Assembly (NCBI GenBank): GCA_963843555.1
Contig: CAWJKV010000003.1
Location: 192,001 to 256,000 of the forward strand
Direction: 5' to 3'
DNA: 64,000 nucleotides
From: an uncultured Methanosarcinales archaeon
GTDB taxonomy: Archaea > Halobacteriota > Methanosarcinia > Methanotrichales > Methanotrichaceae
Part shown: one piece after another, positions 9,210 to 20,840 of the stretch
How the letters are laid out: each line of letters begins with the position of its first letter
How positions within the stretch are numbered: position 1 is the first letter of the stretch
The notes under the pieces: model-generated
What the model was told of the DNA's origin: nothing
The model's input: only the letters and a program-made list of their open reading frames with translations
The model's database searches: none
Program-made: the position numbers and the translations under genes

Positions 9210-10514
9210 CTAAACCTTCCTGTTATCTGTCACTCTCTTGGCCTTACCCATGGACCGGGGGATGGTTCCGGGCTCGACCAGATCCACTTCTGCAGCTATG
9301 TTCAGCACGCCTTTTAATTCCTTTGAGACTTTCTTCTTCAGCTTCATCAGGTCGCCGATCTTATCGGAGAAGCCGGACTCGGTCAGCTCCACGCGCACCG
9401 TCATCATATCCAGAGGCCCCTGGCGGTCCACCACGATCTCCCAGTGGTCGCCCACCTCAGGAATGTTCATCAGGACCGACTCCACCTGGCTCGGGAAGAC
9501 ATTGATGCCGCGAATGATGAGCATGTCGTCTGTGCGGCCCAGAATCCTCATGATGCGCGGGTGCGTACGGCCGCATGCACATGTCTCATTGGTTATGATG
9601 GATAAGTCGCCTATTCTGTAGCGAATGAGGGGCAGAGCGAATTTATGCAAAGTGGTGAAAACCAGCTCCCCGGTCTCGCCTTCAGAGACCGGCTCTCCTG
9701 TCTTCGGGTCTATGACCTCGGTCAGCAGCATATCTCCCCAGACGTGAATTCCCTTCTTCTCCTGGCACTCAGTGAACAGGGGTCCCGATATCTCGCTTGT
9801 CCCGTAGATGTCATAGGCATTGATTCCAGTTGCGTCTTCGATTCTCTTGCGGGTTTCAAGGGACCAGGGCTCGGCTCCGAAGATGCCCACCTTAAGATGA
9901 GTATCATTCCGGATGGAGATGCCCATCTTCTCCGCCACCTCCATGATATGCAGGAAGTAGGAGGGCGTACAGGCGATGGCGGTCGAGCCCAGATCCTGCA
10001 TCAGCTCAATCTGGCGTTCCGTGTTGCCCGTGCCGACCGGCAGTACAGCGGCGCCGATGCGCTCTGCGCCGTAGTGCAGCCCCAGGCCGCCGGTGAAGAG
10101 GCCGTAGCCGTAGCCTACCTGGACCACATCGTCCCGGCTGAGGCCGATGGATGTCAGCGCTCTGGCCAGGGACTCCGACCAGGTCTCGATATCTCCTTTG
10201 GTGTATCCCACTACGGTTGGCTTTCCAGTGGTGCCGCTGGAGACGTGGTAGCGCACTACCTGGCTCTTGGGAGCGCTGAACATGCCTGTAGGGTAGTTGT
10301 CCCGCAGGTCCACCTTCCTGGTGAAGGGCAACTTTGTGACATCGGCCAGGGTTTTAATGTCGCCCGGCTCCACGCCTGCCTCTTTGAATCTCCGCCTATA
10401 GAAGGCAGAGTGATCGTAGACATAGCGCACTATGGACTTGAGCCGATCCTCTTGAAGGGCATGCAAATCCTCGAGAGGCATGCGCTCAATATGCGGATCC
10501 CAGTAACCAGACAT
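9210..10514 (-). CDS. paaK: Phenylacetate--CoA ligase family protein
   Basis: SSGTTGKP, YGLFTGGLG, YGTSE, RYRIGD, GRTDDMLIIRGINVFPSQ, GKAKRV. Confidence 0.93.
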   Translation of the reverse strand: MSGYWDPHIERMPLEDLHALQEDRLKSIVRYVYDHSAFYRRRFKEAGVEPGDIKTLADVTKLPFTRKVDLRDNYPTGMFSAPKSQVVRYHVSSGTTGKPTVVGYTKGDIETWSESLARALTSIGLSRDDVVQVGYGYGLFTGGLGLHYGAERIGAAVLPVGTGNTERQIELMQDLGSTAIACTPSYFLHIMEVAEKMGISIRNDTHLKVGIFGAEPWSLETRKRIEDATGINAYDIYGTSEISGPLFTECQEKKGIHVWGDMLLTEVIDPKTGEPVSEGETGELVFTTLHKFALPLIRYRIGDLSIITNETCACGRTHPRIMRILGRTDDMLIIRGINVFPSQVESVLMNIPEVGDHWEIVVDRQGPLDMMTVRVELTESGFSDKIGDLMKLKKKVSKELKGVLNIAAEVDLVEPGTIPRSMGKAKRVTDNRKV

Positions 10515-10627
10515 TGATGATCAACCTGAGGCGATGAAGACCAGGGTGAATAAAAAGCAATCGATTCGTCTCTCATCATTTTTCTTTCAAAAAGATTTAA
10601 ATCCATTATGGCATTGTTTCATGCAGT

Positions 10628-11215
10628 TTGGATGCCAAGGCTGGAGCAACAGCACAAGTCAACTCACAAGAGACCACACAAGTCGCAATCCTCTGCCAAA
10701 GGCCAGAGCGGAACGGGAGATCATGGAACATCTCAATCTTCACCACTGGAAGAAATCCAGGCCATCTGCCCAACAACTTGGCCGTGGAGAAAATCCGCTC
10801 AGGCATTTCGAATATCAGAAACCCAATCCTGGTATCCTATGTAGCCAAAGGCCTGCTGCCCTACAAAGGATTAGGATCAGGAATTAAACGCGCTCTGGAG
10901 GACTGGCCGGATATCAGTTTCACCGACGACCGAGAAGGATCCATGTTCATCGCCACCGTCCACCGAAAGGAGCTTGAAGGTCTTGGGTCGTCGGAAAAAG
11001 ATTCCCAGAAAAGTACCCAGAAAAGTACCCAGAAAAGTACCCAGAAAATCATCGAACTCATGCAGAATGATCCGGCAATTACCATCACAGAGCTTGCGCT
11101 CCGCGTAGGCATTACAGAGTGGGCCATCAAGAAGCAAATAAGAAAAATGAAAGCGCAAGGTCGCATCCAGCGCATCGGCCCGGATAAGGGCGGCCATTGG
11201 CAGGTAGCAGAGTGA
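10628..11215 (+). pseudogene. C-terminal fragment of an AlbA_2/RecG-C-terminal-like ATP-binding HTH protein
   Basis: PGHLPNNL...RNP...GLGSGI.R and C-terminal wHTH ending RIGPDKGGHW; N-terminal two thirds absent. Confidence 0.7.
11004..11048 (+). repeat. 12-bp in-frame tandem repeat (CCCAGAAAAGTA x3.75, encoding QKST)
   Basis: Read directly from the sequence. Confidence 0.95.
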
Positions 11216-11414
11216 ACTCAATCATGAAAGCAATGATCAATGAAGAAGAACAATCCCTGGTGCACAAAGCAGTGGCGATCGAGATGATGGAACTGAAGGA
11301 TGGCAAAGTCAAGACTTGCTCCTTCCAGGAAGTGAAGAAGAGCATTTCATCGAGAAACGAGCCCTGACCTGCGCGAAACGCTCATCCTCCAGTTCCCTGG
11401 TGACAAAAAGCCGT

Positions 11415-12830
11415 CTAGCTCTTCTCCACCTCAGCCTTGACCAGAATATGCACCTCGCCAGGACTGGCCTTGCCCCGCGTCTTCTTCATAACCAGTCCCA
11501 CAATGAAGTTCAGGGCGCGCTCGCTTCCTGCCCTGTAGTCCGCCACGGCTGCCGCGCTCTCAGCTACGGCCTCTCGCACAGCTTTTTGCACAGCATCGTC
11601 CTCAGCCTTGCCCAGGCCCATTGTCCGGACGATCTCCTCCGGCGAGCTGCCTTTCTTGTCCAGGATGCTGCGGATGATCTCCACCGCCCCGTCCTCTGTG
11701 ATCTCGGCTCTCTCCAGCATCTGCACAATATCGACCATGTGCTCCTGGCGGAAGCTGTCGATGCCCAGGTTGCGGTAGTTCAGTTCTCCCTTGAGAACGT
11801 CGGCAATCCAGACTGCGGCCAGCTTGGGCGCCGCCCGGGCGGCGACGGCCTCGTAGAAGTGGGCTAGCCTTATCTCGGAGGTTAACGATTTGGCATGATC
11901 ATCAGCCAGAGCGTACTGCTTCACAAACCTCTCCCGCTTGTCATCTGGCAGTTCGGGCAGCGTGGCCTTGATCTCCGGAACCCAGGAGGCGATGCGCAGT
12001 GTCACCAGATCGCACTCCGGGAAGTAGCGGTAGTCATGGGCCCCCACCTTGCTTCTGATGGAGACGGTCACATTGCGCAACTCATCGAAGTGACGGGTCT
12101 CCTGCACCACTTTGATGTTGCGGCGCTGCAGGTTCTTCTGGCGGGTTATCTCATAGGAGAGGGCTTTTTCCACGCCCTTGAAGCCGGAGATGTTCTTGAC
12201 CTCAGACCTGTCTCCTCCTTTTAGAGAGATGTTCGCATCCACACGCATGGACCCTTCCAGGGAGCCGTCGAAGACATCCAGATATTCGAGAATGCTCTTC
12301 AGCTTGTCCAGGAAAGTGCGTGCTTCTTTGGGAGAGCGAAGATCCGGCTCGGTCACCACTTCCAGAAGCGGCATGCCGCAGCGGTTGTAGTCCACCATGG
12401 TGTACTTCGCCTTGTCGATGGTGCCGGCATGCACCAGCCGCCCGGGGTCCTCCTCCATATGCGCCCGGTTGATGCGGATATCTCTCTCCAATCCATCATC
12501 CCCCAGGATCATGATGTGTCCCTTGGTAGCCAGGGGAAAATCGTACTGGCTGATCTGGAAGCCCTTGGGGAGGTCCGGATAGTAGTAATTTTTGCGGTAG
12601 AAGAGCGTCTCCTCCTCAATGGTGCAGTTGAGGGCGAGACCCACTTTTATGCCGCACTCTACGGCTTTGCGGTTCAGCACGGGCAGGGAGCCCGGCAGAC
12701 CTAAGCAAACGGGGCAGGTATGGGTGTTGGGCTCGGAGTCGTGGTACGCAGTAGAGCAGCCGCAGAACATCTTGGATTGCAGACGGTTGAGCTGAACGTG
12801 AATCTCGAGACCAATGATGACGTCTTCCAT
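11415..12830 (-). CDS. gatB: Asp-tRNA(Asn)/Glu-tRNA(Gln) amidotransferase subunit B
   Basis: IGLEIHVQL, CPVCLGLPGSLP, RKNYYYPDLPKGFQISQ, EGSMRVDANIS. Confidence 0.98.
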   Translation of the reverse strand: MEDVIIGLEIHVQLNRLQSKMFCGCSTAYHDSEPNTHTCPVCLGLPGSLPVLNRKAVECGIKVGLALNCTIEEETLFYRKNYYYPDLPKGFQISQYDFPLATKGHIMILGDDGLERDIRINRAHMEEDPGRLVHAGTIDKAKYTMVDYNRCGMPLLEVVTEPDLRSPKEARTFLDKLKSILEYLDVFDGSLEGSMRVDANISLKGGDRSEVKNISGFKGVEKALSYEITRQKNLQRRNIKVVQETRHFDELRNVTVSIRSKVGAHDYRYFPECDLVTLRIASWVPEIKATLPELPDDKRERFVKQYALADDHAKSLTSEIRLAHFYEAVAARAAPKLAAVWIADVLKGELNYRNLGIDSFRQEHMVDIVQMLERAEITEDGAVEIIRSILDKKGSSPEEIVRTMGLGKAEDDAVQKAVREAVAESAAAVADYRAGSERALNFIVGLVMKKTRGKASPGEVHILVKAEVEKS

Positions 12831-14252
12831 TCAGACCACCTCCGGCGTTCTTTCATGGAAGGGTGTGGCCGCCTCGAAGGCATGCGCCGCCCGCAGCACG
12901 GCGGCCTCGCCGAAGTGCGGCCCCATGAGCTGCAAGCCGATGGGCAGCCGCCCGGCAAATCCGCAGGGCACGGAGACTGCAGGAACGCCGGCCAGGTTGA
13001 TGGGCACAGTGAAGACATCCGCCATGTAGAGCGAGAGTGGATCGTTGATGCGCTCTCCGATCTTGAAAGCAGGGATGGGCATGGTAGGGCTGGCCAGGAG
13101 ATCTACATCCTTGAAAGCCCGCAGGAAGTCCTCTTTGATCAGCGTTCTCACCTTCAAGGCCTTGAGATAATAGCGGCCGTAGTAGCCGGCTGAGAGTGCG
13201 TAGGTCCCCAGGAGTATGCGCCTCTTCACCTCCGGCCCAAAGCCCTTGCTGCGAATCTCGGAGAATGTGGTATGCCAGTCCTTGTCCTCACCCTTCTGGC
13301 GGAGCCCGTAGCGCAGGCCATCGAAACGGGCCAGATTGGAGGAGGCCTCGCTCATGGCAATGACATAGTAGGCGGCGAGAGCATAGCGCGTATGCGGCAG
13401 GCTGACCTCCTGCCACTCTGCGCCCAGGTTTTCCAGTTTGGAGACGGCGTCCCAGACCGCTTTTTCCACCTCTTTGTTCACGCCCTCGCCGAAATACTCC
13501 TTGGGGATACCGATCTTCAGGCCGCTGACTCCGTCTTTGAGGCCCGTCAGATAGCTTCCCTTCTCAGCCGAGGTTGTATCCCGCCAGTCATGGCCGGCGA
13601 TGATCTCCATGAGGAGGGCGGTGTCTTCCACGGTATGCGTCAGCGGTCCGATCTGTTCCAGAGAGTTGGCATAGGCAACGAGACCGAAGCGCGAGACCAA
13701 TCCGTAAGTGGGCTTCAGGCCCACGATACCGCAAAAGGATGCAGGACAGCGCACTGATCCGCCTGTATCTGAACCCAGGGCGCACGGGGCTTCGCCGCCG
13801 GCGACACAGGCCGCGCTCCCGCCGCTGGAACCGCCCGGAACGCAATTCTGGTCCCAGGGGTTTCTGGTCGGTCCGAAAGCGCTCGTCTCTGTGGAGGTGC
13901 CCATGGCAAACTCGTCCATATTGGTCTTGCCCATGATGATGGCCCCCTCCGCCTTGAGGCGTTCGACGACATGAGCGTCATAGGGAGGGATGTATCCGCG
14001 CAGTATCCTGGAGCTGCAGTTGGTCTCAATCCCCCTGGTAGATATGCACTCTTTGATGGCGATGGGAATGCCAGCCAATAGTCCCTGGCCGGGATTTTTA
14101 TCAAACTTTCTGGCCTGATCCATTGCGCTTTCTCTGGCAAGAGTGGTGAAGGCATTGAGCGAGCTCTTCTCGATCTTCTCAAAGAGCCGGCAAAGATACT
14201 CCTCAGCGGATCCGCTCCGCAAACTGGCCTTTAATTCGGAGAGCATAATCAC
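12831..14252 (-). CDS. gatA: Amidotransferase subunit A
   Basis: GKTNMDEFAMG, GGSSGGSAA, GSDTGGSVR, SNLARFDG. Confidence 0.98.
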   Translation of the reverse strand: MIMLSELKASLRSGSAEEYLCRLFEKIEKSSLNAFTTLARESAMDQARKFDKNPGQGLLAGIPIAIKECISTRGIETNCSSRILRGYIPPYDAHVVERLKAEGAIIMGKTNMDEFAMGTSTETSAFGPTRNPWDQNCVPGGSSGGSAACVAGGEAPCALGSDTGGSVRCPASFCGIVGLKPTYGLVSRFGLVAYANSLEQIGPLTHTVEDTALLMEIIAGHDWRDTTSAEKGSYLTGLKDGVSGLKIGIPKEYFGEGVNKEVEKAVWDAVSKLENLGAEWQEVSLPHTRYALAAYYVIAMSEASSNLARFDGLRYGLRQKGEDKDWHTTFSEIRSKGFGPEVKRRILLGTYALSAGYYGRYYLKALKVRTLIKEDFLRAFKDVDLLASPTMPIPAFKIGERINDPLSLYMADVFTVPINLAGVPAVSVPCGFAGRLPIGLQLMGPHFGEAAVLRAAHAFEAATPFHERTPEVV

Positions 14253-14530
14253 ACAATCCGGGGGCTCTTGAAGTAGCCGTTTTCGCGCCGCGGTGCATTT
14301 TTGAGCGCTTCCTCCTGGGTGAGTGACTCAAAAGCCACATCCTCTCGAAAGATATTGGCCAGGTCTACCACGCGGTAAGTGGGTTCTACTCCATCCGTAT
14401 CCACTTCGTCCAGCTGATGGAAGTACTCCAGAATGGAGTTGAACTGCTCCACGAACTCATCCTTCTCCTCATCCTCAATCTTGATGCTGGCAAGCCAGCT
14501 GATGTGCTCCACATCTTCCTTGGTGATCAT
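14249..14530 (-). CDS. gatC: Amidotransferase subunit C
   Basis: ITKEDVEHI..LA...L.EVDT.GVEPT...REDV...L.NAP....YFK.P; operon context. Confidence 0.97.
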   Translation of the reverse strand: MITKEDVEHISWLASIKIEDEEKDEFVEQFNSILEYFHQLDEVDTDGVEPTYRVVDLANIFREDVAFESLTQEEALKNAPRRENGYFKSPRIV

Positions 14531-14823
14531 GTCATCCCACGCTTTAATCCGCAGCCGTTCGGCGTTTCATAATAGTGATATATCAATAGTACATCAATAG
14601 AGAGACCTGCCATGCCAGTCCTTTTTTCGGGTCCTCGGGCCAGACAGAACCTTATCGGATATAAAGTCTCTTTTCGAATGAAAATGAGGAAGGAACTGAG
14701 GATGGACTCCAAGATCAATATGCCGGCATCATATCACAAAGTTGCGGAGATTTCAAGGCAAAAGGCTTAAGCATTCTGATGGGATGATAGCCAGGGGATA
14801 TATTGGAAATCGGATAATGATAT

Positions 14824-16150
14824 ATGAAAAAGAATGATGTTATTGTGATTGGTTCCGGAATCAGTGGCTTATTGACCGCGCTAGCCCTCTCCAGAGAAGG
14901 CAAGAAAGTACTGATTTTGGAAAAAGATGACTGCATTGGTGGAGTTTGCAGGTCTTACGAGGTAGATGGCTACCGTGTGGATACAGGACCTCATGCCATA
15001 ACAAGGTTGGAGAATGGCCCCCTTAAGGAACTGATGGACAAATATTTTAATGTGGTCCCTCAGTTCATTCCCTTTGGAAAGTACTATGTGAGAATCGGCA
15101 GCGAGATAAAGACGTTTCCCTGGAGCATCAATGCCTGGATGACTTTTAGCCTGCTCCCTATGACAGACAGACTGCTCCTGATGAGGGCCCTATTCAATAC
15201 GCTGTATCTGCTGAATTCAGGCAAGGATTTTTCCAATATTCCTCTATCCGAAATACTTCCCAACAAGGTTTCAATTACGACTAGACGATTTCTGGACTGG
15301 CTATGTTACTTTATGGTAGGCACGTCCATAGACAATGCGCCGATCTCTCGATTTATCGATAATAAGATCCATCACCCTCACCCGCATGTGGTTCCCTATG
15401 TGGGAAAACTATATGACTTATTTATAACAGATGGTGCCAGAGACCAGGGATACCCTAAAGGGGGTCTCCAATCTATAGTGAACTCCATTTTGGCATCATT
15501 TCCAAAAGAGGGAGTGGAAATCAGAGACGAATGAGAAGGTTACAAAGATCGAATGCAGCAAACGAGTGGAACGGGTGGTTACAGATGAGGATAGTTACGA
15601 GAGCGAAGTGGTTGTCTACTCGGGCTTCTCATCTAACTTACCATATCTGGTTGACGATTTACCGGATGATTATGCCAAGAATCTTCTATCAATCAATAAA
15701 GTAAGATCATTGACAATATGGCTTGGTCTGACCAAGAAGATCTTTACAAACTATGGTTCAGAGATGTGGATCGACTCGGATCCGTATGCATGGGTGGTTC
15801 CTACCACGAACTATGATCCCACATTAGCGCCCAGAGGGAATCAGCTTGCAAGTTTCGCATTTACCCTGCCGGGCGAGTACAATGCATCTACTATAAAGAA
15901 AAAAGCATTTGATAACATAGTCAATAACATTCCTGATATCGAAAAGCATATTGATATGATACATTATCAAGAACTAATACCAGAAAAGGCATCCTGGGGG
16001 CTAAATTCCGGCTTCGGGGATGTAAGAACTCCAATAGGAAATCTTTACTGCGTGGGGACAGATACCGAAAAGAGGAGCGCAGGAGTCAATCGGTCGGCGT
16101 ATTCCGTCTTGAGGTGTCTGGATATTATGAAGGCAGATGGAAATTTGTGA
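14824..16150 (+). CDS. FAD-dependent oxidoreductase, phytoene-dehydrogenase-like (frameshift near 15534)
   Basis: IGSGISGL..A..L...VLILEK...GG...VDTGPH; YPKGGLQ; TPI.NLY.VG. Confidence 0.85.
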
Positions 16151-16201
16151 TAAGCACCTAAAACGGAACCCTTTTATCTTTTCTCTTGTTTTGAGACCAG
16201 C

Positions 16202-17026
16202 ATGTTCAAGATCGGCTTTGTCAAGCTGGGAAATATCGCTACCTCGACGGTCATCGATCTTTCCCTGGACGAGATCGCGGAAAGAACAGATATCGAATTC
16301 AAGATCGTCAGCTTCGGCCCCAAGATGACTAAAAAAGAGGGCGAAGCGGTTTTGGAGCTGAAAGACTGGGGCCCCCAACTGGTGGTGATCACCAGCCCCA
16401 ATGCAGCGACATCCGGTCCAACAACGGCACGCGAGCTCTTCCGGGGTATCCCCACCATCATAGTCTCCGATGGTCCGACCAAGAAGGAGGCACGCGACCT
16501 GCTGGCAGCAGATGGATATGGTTACATCATCCTGCCCGTGGACCCGCTCATCGGTGCCAAGCGTGAGTTCCTCGACCCGGCTGAGATGGCGCTCTTCAAC
16601 TCAGATGCACTCAAGGTTCTGGCCGCCTGCGGTGCTATCAGACTGGTTTCGGAAGAGCTCGACGTCGCCATGGGCACAATCGCCAGGGGCGAGCCCCATC
16701 TGCCAGCCATTTTGGCCACACCTGAGAAGTGCGCAGAGCGCATGAGCTTCCAGAATCCTTATGCCAGGGCCAAAGCCGTTGGAGCTTTGCATATGGCCCA
16801 GACCGTAGCCGGCATCGACGCCCAGGCCTGCTTCCGTCTCAAGGAGCTGGAGCAGATCGCCCTGGCCGCGGCCGCGGGCCATGAGGTTATGCGGGCGGCG
16901 GCACGCCTCGCCGACGAGGCCAGAGAGCTGGAAAAGGCCAACGATACAGTCTCACGCAAGCCCCACGCCCGCACAGGAGAGTTGATGAGGAAGACCAGGC
17001 TTCTGGAAAAGCCGGAGAAGATTTAG
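16202..17026 (+). CDS. mtd: F420-dependent methylene-H4MPT dehydrogenase
   Basis: KLGNIA...LDE.AER.DI...SPN...GP...DPLIGAKREFLDPAEMALFN.D...FQNPYARAKA. Confidence 0.95.
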   Translation: MFKIGFVKLGNIATSTVIDLSLDEIAERTDIEFKIVSFGPKMTKKEGEAVLELKDWGPQLVVITSPNAATSGPTTARELFRGIPTIIVSDGPTKKEARDLLAADGYGYIILPVDPLIGAKREFLDPAEMALFNSDALKVLAACGAIRLVSEELDVAMGTIARGEPHLPAILATPEKCAERMSFQNPYARAKAVGALHMAQTVAGIDAQACFRLKELEQIALAAAAGHEVMRAAARLADEARELEKANDTVSRKPHARTGELMRKTRLLEKPEKI

Positions 17027-17227
17027 GACAGATTAATTTCGCTCCGCGCGCTCATTGGCTAAATAGATGCAGGTGCAATCATCTCCTGCAATTTAAGGGA
17101 CTGCTGCCCGGCCCTACTCGTTTCTGGGCAAGAGATGGGCGGCCTTCCCATTAACCCAGCATTTTTCCGAAAGCGACATATCCTGCATAGAAAGAGTTTT
17201 AGCATCCAAGCGTTTTGTCCTCCTCAC

Positions 17228-17986
17228 ATGGCTCTGCTGGAGATCAAGGGGGTGAATAAGCAATTTTTCGCGGATGGAAAAGAGATGGAGGCCCTGCATG
17301 ACATAAATTTGAGCATCAGGGAGAACGAGTTCGTCTGCTTCATCGGCCCCTCTGGCTGCGGTAAGACAACTCTACTTCGCATAATTGCGGGCCTGGAGGA
17401 CCCCACATCCGGCACTGTTACCCTCGATGGCGATCCCATAAGAGGTCCGTCTCCAGAGAGGGGCATGGTCTTCCAGGAGTATTCCCTCTTCCCCTGGCGA
17501 ACAGTCCTGGACAATATCGTCTTCGGCCTGGAATTGAAGGGAGTTCCTGTGAATGAACGCAAGAGGCTTGGGAGACAGTATCTGAAGATGGTCGGCCTGG
17601 AGAGCTTTGAGACCCGCTATCCTCATGAGCTCTCCGGTGGCATGAAACAGCGGGTGGCCATCGCCAGAGCTCTTGTCAACAATCCCAAGGCTCTGCTCAT
17701 GGATGAGCCCTTCGGAGCTCTGGACGCCCAGACGCGCAACATCATGCAGTCCGAGCTGCTGCGCATCTGGGAAGAGGAGAAGAAGACGGTGATCTTTGTC
17801 ACCCACAGCGTTGATGAGGCTATCTACCTGGCGGATACCATTGTGATCATGTCCGCACGCCCGGGAAGAATCAAGGACGTCATTCCGATTCCCCTCACAA
17901 GACCCAGAAGCAGGACCAGCACCGAGGTCAATCAGATAAGGGATCGTATACTCTGTGACCTTCGCTCTGAGATGGTGACCTGTTGA
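17228..17986 (+). CDS. ABC transporter ATP-binding protein (TauB/SsuB-like)
   Basis: [40 protein letters not shown]. Confidence 0.93.
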   Translation: MALLEIKGVNKQFFADGKEMEALHDINLSIRENEFVCFIGPSGCGKTTLLRIIAGLEDPTSGTVTLDGDPIRGPSPERGMVFQEYSLFPWRTVLDNIVFGLELKGVPVNERKRLGRQYLKMVGLESFETRYPHELSGGMKQRVAIARALVNNPKALLMDEPFGALDAQTRNIMQSELLRIWEEEKKTVIFVTHSVDEAIYLADTIVIMSARPGRIKDVIPIPLTRPRSRTSTEVNQIRDRILCDLRSEMVTC

Positions 17987-18040
17987 GGATATAGTTTTAT
18001 ATCGCCTTAGATCACTTGTATCTTAGCCTGTTTTTCGCTG

Positions 18041-19099
18041 GTGAGGCAGTTGGTCAGATCTAGATGGATGGAGCTTCCGCGCATAGTAGCGGTAGGTAGT
18101 GGAGTGATACTGGAACTGCCAGAGATCTGCGCCGATCTGTTGCTCAAGAGGCGCGGCCTTATCATAACCGGCCCCCGCACTGAGGACGTTGTGGGAAAAG
18201 CCATATTTGAGCTCCTGGAGGATGCCGGTTTTCAGCCCGAGACCCTGATTTGCACTGACTCCAAGCTGGAAGAGGTGCGTCGCGCAGAAGGGATGGCCCA
18301 GGAGATTGGGGCAGGATTCCTGATTGGTGCTGGTGGCGGCAGATCGATAGATATTGCCAAACTCGCCTCACTGGGAATGAATATTCCCTTCCTATCAGTT
18401 CCCACCGCCGCTTCGCACGATGGCATCTGCTCCTCCCAGGCGTCCTTGACGGTAAATGGAGAGACCTCTTCCCTTCCGGCACAGTCGCCCATGGCCATTG
18501 TGGCCGATACCAAAATAATATCTCAGGCGCCGGCAAGGCTCCTTCGTGCCGGTTGCGGCGACATTATCTCCAACTACACTGCCATCCTGGATTGGCAGCT
18601 GGCCCACAGGCTCAGAAATGAGGAGTTCAGCGAGTACGCCTCCGCCCTCTCCGGCATGACGGCGCACATGGTCGTCGAGCTTGCTGCAGAGATTCGTCCC
18701 GGCTTCGAGGAATCGGCAAAGATCGTCGTTAAAGCCTTGATCTCCAGCGGCGTGGCTATGAGCATAGCCGGCTCTTCCCGGCCAGCCAGCGGCTCAGAGC
18801 ACAAGTTTGCCCATGCCTTGAACCGCATCGCTCCAGGAAGAGCCCTGCATGGCGAGCTGTGCGGTCTGGGCACCATAATAATGATGTATCTGCATGGCGG
18901 CGACTGGAAGATGATAAAAAGAGCATTGGCGCTGGTGGGGGCCCCTACCTCCGCCGCAGAAGCGGGCCTGAATGCGGAGAACGTGATCGAAGCCCTGATC
19001 AAAGCCCACGAGATCCGGCCGGAACGCTATACTATCCTGGACACAGGCCTGAATAGAATTGCAGCGGTAAGAGCCGCCGAAGCTACAGGCATTATTTAA
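18041..19099 (+). CDS. egsA: sn-glycerol-1-phosphate dehydrogenase
   Basis: GGGRSIDIAK, VPTAASHDG, GSSRPASGSEHKF.HAL, LHGELCG, RPERYTIL. Confidence 0.96.
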   Translation: MRQLVRSRWMELPRIVAVGSGVILELPEICADLLLKRRGLIITGPRTEDVVGKAIFELLEDAGFQPETLICTDSKLEEVRRAEGMAQEIGAGFLIGAGGGRSIDIAKLASLGMNIPFLSVPTAASHDGICSSQASLTVNGETSSLPAQSPMAIVADTKIISQAPARLLRAGCGDIISNYTAILDWQLAHRLRNEEFSEYASALSGMTAHMVVELAAEIRPGFEESAKIVVKALISSGVAMSIAGSSRPASGSEHKFAHALNRIAPGRALHGELCGLGTIIMMYLHGGDWKMIKRALALVGAPTSAAEAGLNAENVIEALIKAHEIRPERYTILDTGLNRIAAVRAAEATGII

Positions 19100-19146
19100 T
19101 AAGATAATAATTATCAAATTATGATGATAAGAAAGGAGTATGAACT

Positions 19147-19596
19147 ATGTCCGAGGCATCTACACAAATTACGCTGATTGGAACGAAACTCGCCAGCATT
19201 GGCATGGAATTCACCTTTGTGGGCTCGACTCCGGAATGCGAATCCTGCAAGCTCAGGAACACCTGCATAAATCTGGAGCCTAAAAGGCGCTACAGAGTCT
19301 TGGGAACGCGCGGAGAGCTGGTCCACGAGTGTCCCATCCACGAGGCAGGGGTTCGAGCCGTGGAGGTTGCAGAAAGCCCCATAATTGCCGCTTTCGACGC
19401 CAGAAAGGCATTCCCCGGATCCAAGATCGTCTTTGAAGCCATGAAGTGCGATGATCCGGAATGCAGCATGTATGATATCTGTCATCCGACGGGGTTGAAG
19501 GATGGCGAGAGATGCACTATTGTGGAAGTTGTGGGCGAAGCTCCTGAGGATTGTCCACGGGGAAGTGTTTTGAAGCTGGTGGAGTTTCGCCGCTAG
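19147..19596 (+). CDS. UPF0179 family protein
   Basis: ITLIG..LA..G.EF.F.G...EC..CKL...C.NLE...HECPIHE.GV.AVEV. Confidence 0.9.
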   Translation: MSEASTQITLIGTKLASIGMEFTFVGSTPECESCKLRNTCINLEPKRRYRVLGTRGELVHECPIHEAGVRAVEVAESPIIAAFDARKAFPGSKIVFEAMKCDDPECSMYDICHPTGLKDGERCTIVEVVGEAPEDCPRGSVLKLVEFRR

Positions 19597-20587
19597 ATGA
19601 ATACTATCACTTACACCCGAAATATTTTTCTTCCAGTGACGGACCTCTGCCGGAACCGTTGCGGTTATTGCTCTTTTCGAAAGGAACCGGACAAAGCCCA
19701 TTTGATTCAAAGATCACTGGCAGAGCGGCTGTTGGAACGCGGCGAAGAGGAGAATTGCTGTGAAGCGCTTTTCACCTTTGGCGAGAGCCCCTGGCAGGTT
19801 CCTGGCTTCCAGAGGCTGCTCGACGGGGCAAGAATCCCGGATCTCCTGGATTACGTGGTAGAGCTATGCGAGATGGCACTAGAGCATGGCCTATTGCCTC
19901 ACACCAACGCCGGCCTCCTGGCAGAAGAGGATTTGATTCGTTTGCAGCCCTATAACGCCTCCATGGGACTGATGCTGGAAAGCACTGCTAATCTGTCTGT
20001 CCATGACTCAGTCGCCGGGAAAGAGGCCTGACTTGAGATTGGAGCACATAGCCCGGGCGGGCAGGCTGCGAATCCCGTTCACCACCGGCATTCTGGTTGG
20101 CATCGGCGAGAGCTGGCAGGATCGTGTCGAGTCCCTGCGGGCCATCGCCCATCTGCATAGAGCCTTTGGCCATATTCAGGAGGTCATAATCCAGCCGCTT
20201 GATCCGAAGCCAGGAACAGACATGGCGAATGCTGCCCGGCCCGGGATGGATGATCTTTGCCGTCTGGTGAAGACTGCCCGCGAGATTCTGCCTCCTGATG
20301 TGGCGATCCAGGTTCCGCCTAACCTCGCGAACCCCTTGCCGCTTGTGAAAGCGGGCGCAACTGATATAGGCGGAATCAGCCCCGTGACGCCAGATGCGAT
20401 AAATCCCGAGAGAGCCTGGCCAAGAGAAGAGGAGCTGCAAGTCCTTCTCGCGGGTTATACTCTGAAAGAACGGCTGCCGGTCTATCCCCAATTCGTCGAG
20501 CGGGGGTGGCATGGTTGTAGAACCCGGGTGCTGGTGGCAACTCTGGCAGGCGAGGACGGCCTTCGGGCGAAAAAGTATATCTTCTAA
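19597..20587 (+). CDS. cofG: FO synthase subunit 1, radical SAM (frameshift near 20020)
   Basis: [60 protein letters not shown]. Confidence 0.93.
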
Positions 20588-20593
20588 GGCAGG

Positions 20594-20788
20594 GTGGTGA
20601 GTAAGCTTGTGAAGAAGAATTGGCTGGAGATAGGTATGAGCACGGGCCTCGTGTTCCTGATGATCGTCCTCATTTTAGGAGCTCAATTGGTCCTTCCTGT
20701 AGAGCTGAGACCTTCGAGCTTTGCTCTGATCATCTTGTTCTTCATGGTGGCCATGGGCTTTCTGGGATTGAGACTCGTGGATATGTAG
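20594..20788 (+). CDS. Small two-TM membrane protein
   Basis: Two hydrophobic segments; tight operon spacing. Confidence 0.7.
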   Translation: MVSKLVKKNWLEIGMSTGLVFLMIVLILGAQLVLPVELRPSSFALIILFFMVAMGFLGLRLVDM

Positions 20789-20840
20789 CAACGTTAAATA
20801 TAAATATAATAATACACATTTTCCGTCGAGGGTTTTTTAG

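Noticed and set aside
16202..17026. mtd in a probable aceticlastic methanogen
   Set aside because: Retention of methyl-branch C1 genes in Methanothrix is already known.
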